Positions 28,227-37,937 of a DNA stretch of 64,000 nucleotides are shown here, in pieces. The notes beneath the pieces are model-generated. The model did not search any database, was not told the DNA's origin, and saw nothing but the letters and a program-made list of their open reading frames with translations. Origin of the DNA: an uncultured Actinomycetes bacterium (lineage in GTDB: Bacteria > Actinomycetota > Thermoleophilia > Gaiellales > Gaiellaceae). The DNA lies in NCBI GenBank assembly GCA_963770815.1, contig CAVYQV010000017.1, positions 853 to 64,852 on the forward strand. The letters run 5' to 3'. Position numbers and translations under genes: made by a program. Each line of letters starts with the position of its first letter. Position 1 is the first letter of the stretch.

Positions 28227-28585
28227 TGGAGGCGGCGGGAATCGAACCCGCGTCCGCAGCCGCACCGGCTGAGCGTCTACAAGCTTAGGCTGCCCTTTCG
28301 ATTCGCCCGCCGGCCGGGGTGCAGCCGCCCTACCGCCGGACTAGCCGATCCTTCGGTGTCGCGCTCTGGGCGATCAGCTCTCCCTCGGCGCCGAGCCCGT
28401 TCGTTGGCGCCGCCTCCGAGCCACGGGCACACCCGGGGCGGCGTCGCCGACTAGGTCTCCCTAGGCAGCGAGTGCGAGATCGTTCTTCGCACTTGCGTTT
28501 TGCCGGTGGATTTACGAGGCCAACCGGCGACCTCGGCTTGCAACTCATCCGGATGGATCGACCACGTCGAAGCCAGGTCGCCCCC
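28227..28585 (-). ncRNA. ssrA: tmRNA (SsrA)
   Basis: The 5' GGGGGCGACCUGGCUUCGACG pairs with the 3' ...CGCCUCCA, including a G3:U wobble. The T-arm is GCGGGUUCGAUUCCCGC. The internal tag frame is ...GCA AGU GCG AAG AAC GAU CUC GCA CUC GCU GCC UAG (-AKNDLALAA*). smpB lies ~0.7 kb away. CCA is not encoded. Confidence 0.85.
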
Positions 28586-28655
28586 GTATGTTCGTGTGCG
28601 AAGTGTAGCCGGGCCAGTTGGACAGAATCCCTGGACGTGCGTAACCTCGTGGTAC

Positions 28656-29258
28656 ATGCATCGTCGCCGCGGCATCTGGATCTTCGGTCTGCTGGCTGCC
28701 GTACTGGCTGCCGCCGCCATCGGCGCACACACGAGCTCCGCAGCACCGAGCGGGGGCACCGGCGGCGCGGCCACCCTCGACAAGACATACTCGTGTCCCG
28801 TCAGCAGCGAGCGCTACGTCGACCTCTACGCGAGCGTCACCCGCCCACCGCTCAACAACCATCCGCAGCCGGGAGGGCTCAACGTGAACACGGGCGTGAA
28901 CACCTCCACGAACGGCGGCACCACGGTGAGCGTTTCGCAGGTGAGCCTCGCGGCTGTAAAGAACAGCTTGCGGATCGACACGTCTTCCTGCCGCCGCGTG
29001 AAGCAGCAGATCCCGCTGAAGCCGAAGGGGCTCCCCAGCCCGCCGACAACGTTTACGAAACACGGCTTCGGCCAGATCAGCGCACAGTGCGGGTCGACGT
29101 CCCGGGTGCTCATCCGGCTCCAGCTCAGATCGGCGAACCACACACCCTCCCACGCACTGCTTGCGATCCGCAACCAGAACGCGAAAGGCCGTCCGCTCGC
29201 GTTCATCAACTGGAGCCCGCGCAAGGTCAGCGTGTACACCGCCAGGACCTGCGGCTAA
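28656..29258 (+). CDS. secreted hypothetical protein (200 aa)
   Basis: ATG at 28656 inside ORF 28500..29258. Signal peptide 'MHRRRGIWIFGLLAAVLAAAAIGA'. Lower GC. No family recognised. Confidence 0.55.
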   Translation: MHRRRGIWIFGLLAAVLAAAAIGAHTSSAAPSGGTGGAATLDKTYSCPVSSERYVDLYASVTRPPLNNHPQPGGLNVNTGVNTSTNGGTTVSVSQVSLAAVKNSLRIDTSSCRRVKQQIPLKPKGLPSPPTTFTKHGFGQISAQCGSTSRVLIRLQLRSANHTPSHALLAIRNQNAKGRPLAFINWSPRKVSVYTARTCG

Positions 29259-29266
29259 GACCCCGG

Positions 29267-29734
29267 CTAGCGCCGCAGGCTCTTCAACTCGCGCTCGATC
29301 TCCCGCCGCGCGTCCCGGGCCGCGACGTCGCGCCGCTTGTCGCGCAGCTCCTTGCCGCGCGCGAGGGCGAGCTCGACCTTGACCTTGCCGCCCTTGAAGT
29401 AGAGCCGCGTCGGCACGAGCGTGAAGCCCTTCTCCGCGACGCTCGACGCGAGCCGCTCGATCTCCTTGCGGTGGAGCAGGAGCTTCCGCGGTCGGTCCGG
29501 GTCATGGTTGGCGCGGTTCCCCTCGATGTACTCGGGCACGTGGAGGCCGACGAGCCACGCCTCGCCGTCGCGCACCTCCGCGTACGCCTGCTGCAGCGTC
29601 GCCTCGCCGTTGCGCAGCGACTTCACCTCGGTACCGGTGAGCACGACGCCCGCCTCGACGCGGTCCGAGAGGTGGTACTCGTGACGCGCGCGCCGGTTGT
29701 CGACGATCAGCTTCTCTCCACTCGGGCCTGCCAT
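29267..29734 (-). CDS. smpB: SsrA-binding protein SmpB
   Basis: 'IVDNRRARHEYHLSDRVEAGVVLTGTEVKSLR...LLLHRKEI...GFTLVPTRLYFKGGKVKVELALARGK'. Confidence 0.9.
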   Translation of the reverse strand: MAGPSGEKLIVDNRRARHEYHLSDRVEAGVVLTGTEVKSLRNGEATLQQAYAEVRDGEAWLVGLHVPEYIEGNRANHDPDRPRKLLLHRKEIERLASSVAEKGFTLVPTRLYFKGGKVKVELALARGKELRDKRRDVAARDARREIERELKSLRR

Positions 29735-29761
29735 CGCGGGCCCAAGTGTAGGCTCGGCCAG

Positions 29762-30166
29762 GTGGACCTCACGCTCGCGCAGCTGCAGGAGATGGGGTCG
29801 CTGGGGTTTCCCGGCCTGCTCGGAATCGACTTCGAGGAGGCGGAAGGCGGCGGCGTTCGCGCGCACCTCGAGCTGCACGAGAAGCACATGGCGCCGAACG
29901 GCTACCTCCACGCCGGAGCCGTCGTCGGATTCGCCGACTCCGCGTGCGGCTACGGCACGGTCCTGAACCTGCCGGAGGGAGCCACGGGCTTCACCACGGT
30001 CGAGCTGAAGACGAACTTCCTCCGCAGCGCGCGGGAAGGGACGATCCACTGCGAAGCGCGGCTCCTGCACGCCGGCCGCACGACCCAGATCTGGGATGCC
30101 GCCGTCACCGACCCCGAGGATCGGACGATGGCTCTGTTCCGCTGCACGCAGCTCCTTTTGCGCTAG
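29762..30166 (+). CDS. PaaI-family hotdog-fold thioesterase
   Basis: Tail of ORF 28319..30166: 'GLLGIDFEEAEGGGVRAHLELHEKHMAPNGYLHAGAVVGFADSACGYG...ELKTNFLRSAREG'. GTG at 29762. Confidence 0.8.
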   Translation: MDLTLAQLQEMGSLGFPGLLGIDFEEAEGGGVRAHLELHEKHMAPNGYLHAGAVVGFADSACGYGTVLNLPEGATGFTTVELKTNFLRSAREGTIHCEARLLHAGRTTQIWDAAVTDPEDRTMALFRCTQLLLR

Positions 30167-31743
30167 CGGCGTCCCGCGCGGTAGCCGCGCGCCATGAAGC
30201 AGCGGTCGCAGAGCGACGCCCACGGCGCCGTCCGGGCGCCGCAGACGCGGCAGCGGCCGATCGTCGGATCCTCGATCTCGGCCCGCAGCTCGCGCACGAC
30301 CCGGGCCGCGGCCGCTTCCTCGAGCGCGGCGGCCCGCTCGATCGTGACCCCCGCCACGCCCGGGTACTGCAGCGCGAACCAGCGCAGGATCGACGCCTCG
30401 CGCGCCGCCTGCTCCGCCTCCTCCAGCCCGGCCGCGTCGAGGCGGTGCGGGTCGAGCAGCCAGCCGATCACCGTCTGCTGCGGCTTGTCGCCGGCGAGCG
30501 CGGCGGCCAGCGTGCCGAGGAGCTGCGCGCCGTCCTCGTCCACCGGCGCCTGCATGAGCTTCCAGACGTCCGCAAGCTCGAGCGTGCGGCGCGCGTGGTG
30601 GAGCGCGTCGCGCACCGCATCGAGGCGACCCAGCAGCGGCTGGATCGACTCGACCTCGAGCCAGCCGTCGACGCTCCAGTAGCGCAGCGCGGCGTGCCGC
30701 CAGGCGTGCAGCGCCGGCTCGAGCTCGTCGACGCGTGCCACGTTGAGGTCGGAGAGCTGCGGACGCAGGCGGCCGCTGTCGACCACCCGGTAGCCGAGGT
30801 GCCCGTCCTCGATCGGCACATGCGGGACGAGAGCACCCCGCACCAGCTCGGGATCCGGATCGGCCCACGGAACGCCGGTGAGCACACCGACGTGGCCGCG
30901 CTCGTGGAAGCCAAAGCGCCCCGCGCGGCCGGCGATCTGCGCGATCTCCCACGGCTCGAGGTCGCGCCGCTCCTTGCCGTCGAATTTCGTCGTCTCGGCG
31001 AAGAGCAGCGTCTCGCAGGGCAGGTTGACGCCGTGGCCGAGCACGTCGGTCGCCGCGCACACCTCTGCCTGGCCGGCGATGAAGCGGTCGATCTCCTCGC
31101 GCCGCGACGCGAGCGGCATCGCGCCGTAGAGGCAGGCGACGCGGCCCGGGTGGAGCTGGTTCAGCTCGCCCGCCAGCCCGATCACGGCGCGGCGGCTGAA
31201 CGCGACGACGACCGTGCCCGGCCCGAGCCCGGCGATGCCGCGGCGGCCGGCCCAGTCGAGCGGCGCCTTCCGCTCGAAGAAGCGAACCTCGACCTGCGGG
31301 AACGCGTGTCGGACTAGCGGCAGCGCCTCCACGGCCCCGAGCAGCAGGATGTGCCGGTACTCGCCGCCGAGCAGGAGTCGCGTCCACGCCGAGCCGCGCT
31401 CCTCGTCCTCGGCCCACTGCACCTCGTCGAGCACGAGCGTCTCGCCGCTCGCCGGCGCCATCTCCGCCGTGCAGCACACGATCGGGGCGCCGGGATTGAC
31501 CCGCTCCTCGCCGGTCACGAGGCCGACGCCGTCCTCGCCGAGCTCGGCCGAGAGCCGCCGGTGCGCCTCCTGCGCGAGCATGCGCAGCGGCGCCGCGTAC
31601 ACGCCCTGGCCCTGCTCGACGAGGAAGCGAAGCGCGTCGTGCGTCTTGCCGGAATTCGTCGGCCCGAGGTGCGCGATCACCGACTCGGGCTCGACCCGGC
31701 GCTCGGGCAGCCGAACGGTCAGCTCCGAGACGGGGCGCCGCAC
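30163..31743 (-). CDS. SUV3-like superfamily-2 helicase
   Basis: 'HLGPTNSGKTH', 'LVLDEVQW', 'TDVLGHGVNLP', 'IAGRAGRFG', and a C-terminal Cys cluster 'CRVCGARTAPWASLCDRC'. GTG at 31743. The longer 853-aa ORF upstream of this is Arg-rich noise. Confidence 0.75.
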   Translation of the reverse strand: MRRPVSELTVRLPERRVEPESVIAHLGPTNSGKTHDALRFLVEQGQGVYAAPLRMLAQEAHRRLSAELGEDGVGLVTGEERVNPGAPIVCCTAEMAPASGETLVLDEVQWAEDEERGSAWTRLLLGGEYRHILLLGAVEALPLVRHAFPQVEVRFFERKAPLDWAGRRGIAGLGPGTVVVAFSRRAVIGLAGELNQLHPGRVACLYGAMPLASRREEIDRFIAGQAEVCAATDVLGHGVNLPCETLLFAETTKFDGKERRDLEPWEIAQIAGRAGRFGFHERGHVGVLTGVPWADPDPELVRGALVPHVPIEDGHLGYRVVDSGRLRPQLSDLNVARVDELEPALHAWRHAALRYWSVDGWLEVESIQPLLGRLDAVRDALHHARRTLELADVWKLMQAPVDEDGAQLLGTLAAALAGDKPQQTVIGWLLDPHRLDAAGLEEAEQAAREASILRWFALQYPGVAGVTIERAAALEEAAAARVVRELRAEIEDPTIGRCRVCGARTAPWASLCDRCFMARGYRAGRR

Positions 31744-31805
31744 CGGTCCGGGTCGCCGCCGGTGTCGCTCGCTCCGGCTGGGGCGCTTCTGCCGCCCCCG
31801 GGCCA

Positions 31806-32756
31806 CTAGACCTGCAGGAAGCGGCGGAGGGTCAGGGCCGAGCCCATCGCGCCGAGCAGCAGACCCGCGCCGATCAGCGCGAGTGCGTTGAGCGTGAAGT
31901 CCAACGCGTGCACGTCGGACTGGCCGCCGCCGATGTGCGGCAGGATCGACGGCAGGGCGATCGTCTTTCCGAGCACGAGCAGGATCACGGCGAGCACCGA
32001 GCCCACGAACCCGCAGAGGAGCCCTTCGAGCATGAACGGGCCGCGGATGAACCAGTTCGTCGCGCCGACGAGTTTCATCACCTCGATTTCGCGTCGTCGC
32101 GCGAAGATCGAGAGCCGGATCGTGTTCGCGATCAGGAGCGTCGCCGCGGTCACGAGCAGGATCACGGCGATGAGGAAGACAAGCGAGATGACCTTGGCGA
32201 TCGTCAGCACTCGCTTCGTGACGTTGCTCTGCCAGGTGACTCCACCCGCGTTTCCGAGACCACCGGTTGTGGCGGTCGCACATGGCTCGACACCGGCGTA
32301 GTGCGAGCTGCAGACCTGCTTCCCGATCACTGCCGTGAACTTCCCCTGCGTCGGCGTCACGATCCACTTGTCCGGCAGCGGGTTGCCGGGCAGCAGTTGG
32401 TAGGGGAACTGGGTCGGATGGCTCTTCTTGTAGGCGGCCAGGCCCTGCTTCTTCGAGACAAACGCCACCGACTGCACGTGCGGGTCGTGCCGAAGAGAGG
32501 CACCGACCGCGGCCTCCTGGGCCGGGGTGACGTCCTTCGTGCAGTCCGGCATCGACACAGTCGTGCAGAGATAGACCTGGACCTGCAGCTCCTTCTGGAC
32601 GTGGTTGCTCCACGAGAGCACCCAGGTGCCGAGGGCGATGAACAGGCCGAGCAGGCACATCCCGATCAGCACGGTCATCGTTGCCGCGAAGGTCGTCGAG
32701 AGGTTCATGCGGATCGAGGCCCACGCCTCGGAGAACAGCAGGCGAACTTGGCTCAT
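31806..32756 (-). CDS. ftsX: cell-division permease-like protein FtsX
   Basis: ATG at 32756 overlaps the ftsE stop (ATGA). Four TM segments. 'RREIEVMKLVGATNWFIRGPFMLEG'. Confidence 0.85.
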   Translation of the reverse strand: MSQVRLLFSEAWASIRMNLSTTFAATMTVLIGMCLLGLFIALGTWVLSWSNHVQKELQVQVYLCTTVSMPDCTKDVTPAQEAAVGASLRHDPHVQSVAFVSKKQGLAAYKKSHPTQFPYQLLPGNPLPDKWIVTPTQGKFTAVIGKQVCSSHYAGVEPCATATTGGLGNAGGVTWQSNVTKRVLTIAKVISLVFLIAVILLVTAATLLIANTIRLSIFARRREIEVMKLVGATNWFIRGPFMLEGLLCGFVGSVLAVILLVLGKTIALPSILPHIGGGQSDVHALDFTLNALALIGAGLLLGAMGSALTLRRFLQV

Positions 32757-33538
32757 TCGGAGGTGTATCCCCCGCGCCGCTCGTCGCGGGCGAGCTTCCC
32801 GCCCTCGAGCGCGATCACGCGCTTGCGCATCTTGTCGACCATCTCGCGGTCGTGGGTGACCATCAGGATCGTCGTGCCGGCGCGGTTGATGCGGTAGAGG
32901 AGCTGCATGATCCCGACGCTCGTGTCGGGGTCGAGGTTCCCGGTCGGCTCGTCGCAGACGAGCAGCGGCGGGTGGTTGACGACGGCGCGCGCGATCGAGA
33001 CGCGCTGCTGCTCGCCGCCCGAGAGCTCGTCGGGGAGCGAGTTCATCTTGTTCGCCAGCCCGACCAGCGACATCACCTCCGGCACCTTGCGCCGGATCGA
33101 GGCACGGCTCTCGCCCTGCACCTTGAGTGCGTAGGCGACGTTCTCGGACGCGCTGCGGCTCGGCAGGAGCTTGAAGTCCTGGAAGACGCAACCGATGTTG
33201 CGGCGCAGGCGCGGCACCTGCGAGCGCCCCAGCCGGCCGAGGTCGCGGCCGCCCATGATGATCCGCCCGTCCGTCGGCTCGAGCTCCTTGAGCAGGAGCC
33301 GTACGAGCGTCGTCTTGCCCGAGCCCGAGGCGCCGACGATGAAGACGAACTCGCCCTTGTCGATCGCGAAGTTGACGGAGTCGAGCGCGGTGACGTCAGG
33401 CTCGTAGACCTTCGTCACGTTCTCGAACACGATCATCGAGCCCTTGGGTGGCTCGACCGGCTCGACGCCGTTGACCTGCCCGTTCGTCGCAGGTTGGGCG
33501 ACGGCGGAAGCGGGCTGTTCTATCTGTACGTCAGTCAC
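32753..33538 (-). CDS. ftsE: cell-division ATP-binding protein FtsE
   Basis: '[10 protein letters not shown]', '[14 protein letters not shown]', '[12 protein letters not shown]'. The start is uncertain: GTG 33538 or ATG 33436. Confidence 0.9.
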   Translation of the reverse strand: MTDVQIEQPASAVAQPATNGQVNGVEPVEPPKGSMIVFENVTKVYEPDVTALDSVNFAIDKGEFVFIVGASGSGKTTLVRLLLKELEPTDGRIIMGGRDLGRLGRSQVPRLRRNIGCVFQDFKLLPSRSASENVAYALKVQGESRASIRRKVPEVMSLVGLANKMNSLPDELSGGEQQRVSIARAVVNHPPLLVCDEPTGNLDPDTSVGIMQLLYRINRAGTTILMVTHDREMVDKMRKRVIALEGGKLARDERRGGYTSE

Positions 33539-33627
33539 GTCTACCGGTTTCGAGTTGGGCGGGCGTCGTGCCCGGCGCCGGTGAGTGCGGGGCGAAGCCG
33601 CTCCACTCTAGCGCAGCTTTCGGCGAT

Positions 33628-34738
33628 CTACGAAGCCTGACCCGCAGTTTGCAGGAGATATGCGCGGATGAAGCCGTCGAGATCGCCGTCGAGGACGCCC
33701 TGCGTGTTGCCGACCTCGTGCTCGGTGCGGTGATCCTTGACGAGCTGGTACGGGTGCAGGACGTAGCTGCGGATGGCGTTGCCGCCGAAGCCCATCGACA
33801 CGCCGCCGCGCTCGCGGGCGAGCTCGGCCTCGCGCTCCTCCTCGGCCTTCTCGGCGAGCCGTGAGCGCAGGATCTTCATGGCGGTGTCCTTGTTCGCCGA
33901 CTGGCTGCGCTCGTTCTGGACGGCGACGACGATGCCGCTCGGCATGTGCGTGATCCGGACGGCGGAGTCGGTCTTGTTCACGTGCTGGCCGCCGGCGCCC
34001 GAGGAGCGGTAGGTGTCGATGCGGATGTCGTCGTCGAGGATCTCGATGGCGCCCGCGTCCTCCAGCAGCGGCGCGACGATCACCTGCGCGAAGCTCGTGT
34101 GGCGGCGGTGCGCCGAGTCGAACGGGCTGAGGCGTACGAGCCGGTGCTTGCCGCGCTCGGCCTTGAGGATCCCGTACGCGTTCTCGCCGCGCACGGTGAA
34201 GGTCGCGGACTTGAGGCCGTACTCCTCCCCCGGGCTCGACTCGATCACCTCGGTCTTGAGACCGCGCTGCTCGGCCCAGCGCAGGTACATGCGGAGCAGG
34301 ATCTCGGACCAGTCCTGCGCGTCGGTGCCGCCCGCGTCGGCCTGGATCGTGACGACCGCGTCGCCAGAGTCGTACTCGCCGGAGAAGAGCGCGTCCTCCT
34401 GCAGCCGCGCGAGCTCGCCACGCACGTCGCACAGCACCGGCTCGAGCTCCTCGTCGGCGAAGGTGCCTGCGCCCTCGCGCAGGAACTCGACGTTGGAGAG
34501 CAGCTCGTCGTAGCGCTGCAGCTTCTGCTGGCCGCGCTGGTGCTCGCCGGAGAGCCGCGCCGCACGCTGCTGGTCGTTCCAGAAGTCGGGTTGGGCGAGC
34601 TCCTCTTCGAGCTCGGCGAGACGGGCCTTCAGCGCAGCGGGGTCAAAGGTAACCACGGACCCAGTCGAGCTGGGTCCCGATCTCCTCGAGCTGCTCGGCG
34701 AGCGGGATCTGGGTCTCGTCGGCCATCGCGCCGGCCAT
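33628..34738 (-). CDS. prfB: peptide chain release factor 2, with programmed +1 frameshift
   Basis: ORF0 'MAGAMADETQIPLAEQLEEIGTQLDWVRGYL' ends at CTT TGA C. The +1 frame continues 'DPAALKARLAELEEE...SPF...SGAGGQHVNKTDSAVRITH'. Confidence 0.9.
34642..34648 (-). promoter_or_regulatory. prfB: RF2 autoregulatory +1 frameshift site CUU UGA C
   Basis: The minus-strand sequence ctttgac lies at 34648-34642, with an in-frame TGA at 34645-34643. Confidence 0.85.
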
Positions 34739-34748
34739 CCTAGCCGCG

Positions 34749-35114
34749 TCAGGTCTGAGCGATGACGAGCACGACGGTCAGCAGCGCCAGCGCGACTCCG
34801 CCGATGGTGAACATCACGACGGTGCGGTACCTCAGGGGTGCGTGGCCGCCGCTGCGCAGCGCTTGCTCCAACTCGCGCTGGCGCCGTGCGCCGACGATCG
34901 CGAGCCCGATCGCGAGAGCGGCGTAGCCGCAGCCGAGCAGGATGTACGGCCATGGGGCGACGTCGAGCAGCTTCGGGGCGAACCGTCCCACAGCGAGCGA
35001 GCCGGCGGTGGCGCCGAGCGCGGTCCGCCACCACGCCAGCCAGGTGCGCTCGGCAGCCATCGACGTGCGACGCTCCTGATCGAGGTTGGACGGGGAGTTC
35101 GGCGGCTCCGTCAT
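34749..35114 (-). CDS. DUF202 (YidH-like) membrane protein
   Basis: 'ERTWLAWWRTALGA' followed by three TM segments. Internal ATG (MTEPPNS) chosen as start. Confidence 0.65.
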   Translation of the reverse strand: MTEPPNSPSNLDQERRTSMAAERTWLAWWRTALGATAGSLAVGRFAPKLLDVAPWPYILLGCGYAALAIGLAIVGARRQRELEQALRSGGHAPLRYRTVVMFTIGGVALALLTVVLVIAQT

Positions 35115-35150
35115 AGCGGCATCTAACACGCTCCGCGCGGTGGACGACCG

Positions 35151-35594
35151 ATGACTTTGCTCGTTCGCCGCGGTCTGTGGGGCATGGTCAACCACACAAC
35201 CTCGATCTCACTCGACGGCTTCACCGCCGGCCCCGACCAGAGCCTGGACAACCCGCGCGTTGACCTAGAGGCACGGTGCGCCGAAGCGATAACGTCGGCG
35301 GTCTTGCATGTCGTCGTCAACCACCTCCGTCTGCGCCAACGGGTTCCCGCGGCGACCGTCGAGGCGCTGCAGGAGGGCGTGCAACTCGTGGTCGAAGCGG
35401 GCGGCCGGTCCGCACGCGTTGCGAAGGTCGACGAGACGCACCTGATCCTGATCCTCGAGTTCTCGACCGCTGAGGACGCGAATCGCATCGCGCGGGAGGT
35501 CGGCGGACCCTGGATGCGGGCGAACATCACACCCCTCCTCGCCGGCGACACCGACCGGAGCGTCGCCGCAGTGATCGCCTCGGCCGAGGCCTGA
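35151..35594 (+). CDS. hypothetical; ABM/ferredoxin-like C-terminal part preceded by a ~25-aa RibD_C/DHFR-like N-terminal remnant
   Basis: 'MVNHTTSISLDGFTAGPDQSLDNP' resembles the N-terminus of RibD_C-type reductases, but the rest ('HVVVNHLRLR...HLILILEFSTAEDANRIAREVGGPWMRANI') does not. An in-frame TTG at 35304 could be the real start. Confidence 0.35.
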   Translation: MTLLVRRGLWGMVNHTTSISLDGFTAGPDQSLDNPRVDLEARCAEAITSAVLHVVVNHLRLRQRVPAATVEALQEGVQLVVEAGGRSARVAKVDETHLILILEFSTAEDANRIAREVGGPWMRANITPLLAGDTDRSVAAVIASAEA

Positions 35595-35607
35595 CGGCAC
35601 GCGAGTC

Positions 35608-36012
35608 TCAGCCGCCCGCGCCGAAGCCGTCGACCAGTTCGGGGCGGATCCGGATGATCACGCGCTGCTCGCCCGGACCGAGGTAGGGGTACTTGTCCGC
35701 GCCCAGGTACTTCTTCGCGAGCATGTTGATGTGCTCGAGAGCGCCTTCGTCGACGATCGTGGCCGGGCCGCTCACCATCACGTAGCCGCTCTGCTGGTCC
35801 TCGGCGGGTAGGACCGTGACGGTCGCACGAGGATCGCGCTCGATGTTCTTGACCTTCGTCCTCCCGCGGGCGCTGTTGACGAGCACGTTCTCGCCGTCGT
35901 AGTCGATCCAGACGGGCGTGGCCTGCGGGGAGCCGTCCTTGCGAACGGTCGCAATCACGCCCCAGTTGCGGCCGGTGAACAGCGCCGCCTGCTTCTTGCT
36001 CAGTGTCGCCAT
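35608..36012 (-). CDS. PPOX-class (pyridoxamine 5'-phosphate oxidase-like, probable F420-dependent) protein
   Basis: '[62 protein letters not shown]'. Confidence 0.8.
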   Translation of the reverse strand: MATLSKKQAALFTGRNWGVIATVRKDGSPQATPVWIDYDGENVLVNSARGRTKVKNIERDPRATVTVLPAEDQQSGYVMVSGPATIVDEGALEHINMLAKKYLGADKYPYLGPGEQRVIIRIRPELVDGFGAGG

Positions 36013-36147
36013 GAGTGGAGCCCCCCTCTCGCGTCGAAATCGCGGTCTTCCCCTGATGATCGCCAAAGCGGGTCGGTCGTCGTCGGGAGCGATTGCCGTG
36101 TTGCGCCGAGAGCTCCCAGATGGGCCCTGCTAGTAGCGTGCGCCGTC

Positions 36148-37800
36148 ATGGTGACGGCGGAGGAAATCGGACGGGTTGCGGTGTTCGCGGATCTTCCGCC
36201 GTCCGAACGCGACCGGCTCTCGCGGCTGGTCGCGGACATCACGCTCGCGCCCGGCGAGTACGCCGTGAACGAAGGTGACGAACGAGCGCTGTTCGGCGTA
36301 CTCGAAGGACGGATCGAGGTCCTCAGACGGTTCGACGGGGTGGAGAGTGTGATCGGCGAGCGGAAGCCGGGTGACGTCATCGGGGAGATGGCGATGGCGT
36401 TCGGGATGCTTCACCCCGCAGGGTTCCGCGCAACGGAGACGTCGCGGGTCTTCCGGATCGATCTTCACGACTACGCGGAGCTCACCGCCGCCGTGCCGGA
36501 GATCGCGGAGCGGGTGAGCTCCCTCGCGAACAACCGGCTCGCGGGGCCGCGAGGTCTCCAGGCCCGTGCGTCGGCGCCGGCCGAGTACAGGGCGATCGTG
36601 CTCGGCGAGCGTCGCGAGCCCTCGTGCGCCGAGTTGAGGCGGTTCCTCGACCGCAACCAGATCCGGTTCAGATGGCTCCAGCCCGACGTGCCCGCCGACG
36701 TTGCGCAGTGGTCCGGGGCGCCGCCCGCGGAGGGCGACTACCCGGCGATTCGCGTCAACGGCAAGACGGTCGTGCAACCGCAGCTTCGGCGGGTGGCCGA
36801 ACTCCTCGACCTGGCGACCGAGCCGGTGGCTGCGGAGTACGACACGGTGATCGTCGGTGGCGGCCCCGCCGGGCTGGCAGCTGCCGTGTACGGCGCTTCC
36901 GAAGGACTGCGCACGATCGTGATCGAGCGCGAGGCGCCGGGCGGCCAGGCCGGTACCTCCTCCCGGATCGAGAACTACCTCGGCTTCCCGTCGGGCGTGT
37001 CCGGGGAAGCGCTCTCGAGCCGGGCACTCCAGCAAGCACGCAGGCTCGGCGCCGAGATCCTCGTCACCCGCTCGGTCGCGCGCATCAACGCCGCGACCCA
37101 TCAGGTGTACCTCGACGGCGGCGACGTCCTGCAGGCCCGGACGATCATCCTCGCCTGCGGCGTTGCCTGGCGGCACCTCGCGATCGAGGGCTTCGATCGG
37201 CTCGCCGGCAGGGGCATCTCCTACGGCGCCGCACGCAGCGAAGCAGCAAGCACCCACGGCCGGGACATCCACATCATCGGCGCCGGCAACTCCGCTGGAC
37301 AGGCGGCCATGTTCTTCTCGACCTACGCCCGAAGCGTGACGATCCTCTATCGGGGCGAAAGCCTCGGGAAGAGCATGTCGCAGTACCTCGTCGAGCAGCT
37401 CACCGCACGGGCGAACATCCACGTGCGATACCGGACCGAGGTCGCCGCCGCCCACGGCGACACCTCATTGGAAGGGATCGACGTCCGCGACACCGCGACC
37501 GGCGAAACGACCCGCCTCGACACTGCCGGCGTGTTCATCTTCATCGGCGCGGATGCAGAGACGGCCTGGCTCCCACCCGAGATCGCCCTGGACGCAAAGG
37601 GCTACGTGCTCACGGGAACCGATGCACGCGACGCGGTTCAGTGGCGCCTCGACCGAGATCCTCACCTCCTCGAGACGAGCGTGCCGGGCATCTTCGCCTG
37701 CGGTGACGTCCGGTTCAGCCCCGTGAAGCGTGTGGCGGCGGCAGTCGGCGAGGGCAGCATGGCGATCGCGTTCGTGCACCAGTACCTCAGGGAGAACTGA
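36148..37800 (+). CDS. cyclic-nucleotide-binding domain fused to thioredoxin-reductase-like FAD/NAD(P) oxidoreductase
   Basis: N-terminal cNMP-binding fold ('[15 protein letters not shown]...GDVIGEMAM'). Then '[24 protein letters not shown]', '[12 protein letters not shown]', 'GIFACGDV'. Confidence 0.85.
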   Translation: MVTAEEIGRVAVFADLPPSERDRLSRLVADITLAPGEYAVNEGDERALFGVLEGRIEVLRRFDGVESVIGERKPGDVIGEMAMAFGMLHPAGFRATETSRVFRIDLHDYAELTAAVPEIAERVSSLANNRLAGPRGLQARASAPAEYRAIVLGERREPSCAELRRFLDRNQIRFRWLQPDVPADVAQWSGAPPAEGDYPAIRVNGKTVVQPQLRRVAELLDLATEPVAAEYDTVIVGGGPAGLAAAVYGASEGLRTIVIEREAPGGQAGTSSRIENYLGFPSGVSGEALSSRALQQARRLGAEILVTRSVARINAATHQVYLDGGDVLQARTIILACGVAWRHLAIEGFDRLAGRGISYGAARSEAASTHGRDIHIIGAGNSAGQAAMFFSTYARSVTILYRGESLGKSMSQYLVEQLTARANIHVRYRTEVAAAHGDTSLEGIDVRDTATGETTRLDTAGVFIFIGADAETAWLPPEIALDAKGYVLTGTDARDAVQWRLDRDPHLLETSVPGIFACGDVRFSPVKRVAAAVGEGSMAIAFVHQYLREN

Positions 37801-37937
37801 CCCGAAGCGGCGGCCCTCGGCCGTTGGCGAGTCGTTTAGGCACTCTCCGTACCATTCATCGCGACGAGAGTCGTTACAGCCTTCGGGAAGGCCCCTGAAA
37901 CCGGGACCCTCCGAGAACGAGATTGCGAGGAGCGGAA

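Noticed and set aside
30163-32724. The 853-aa ORF treated as a single gene.
   Set aside because: Only the C-terminal 526 aa (from the GTG at 31743) are helicase. The upstream part overlaps ftsX, which is clearly coded in another frame.
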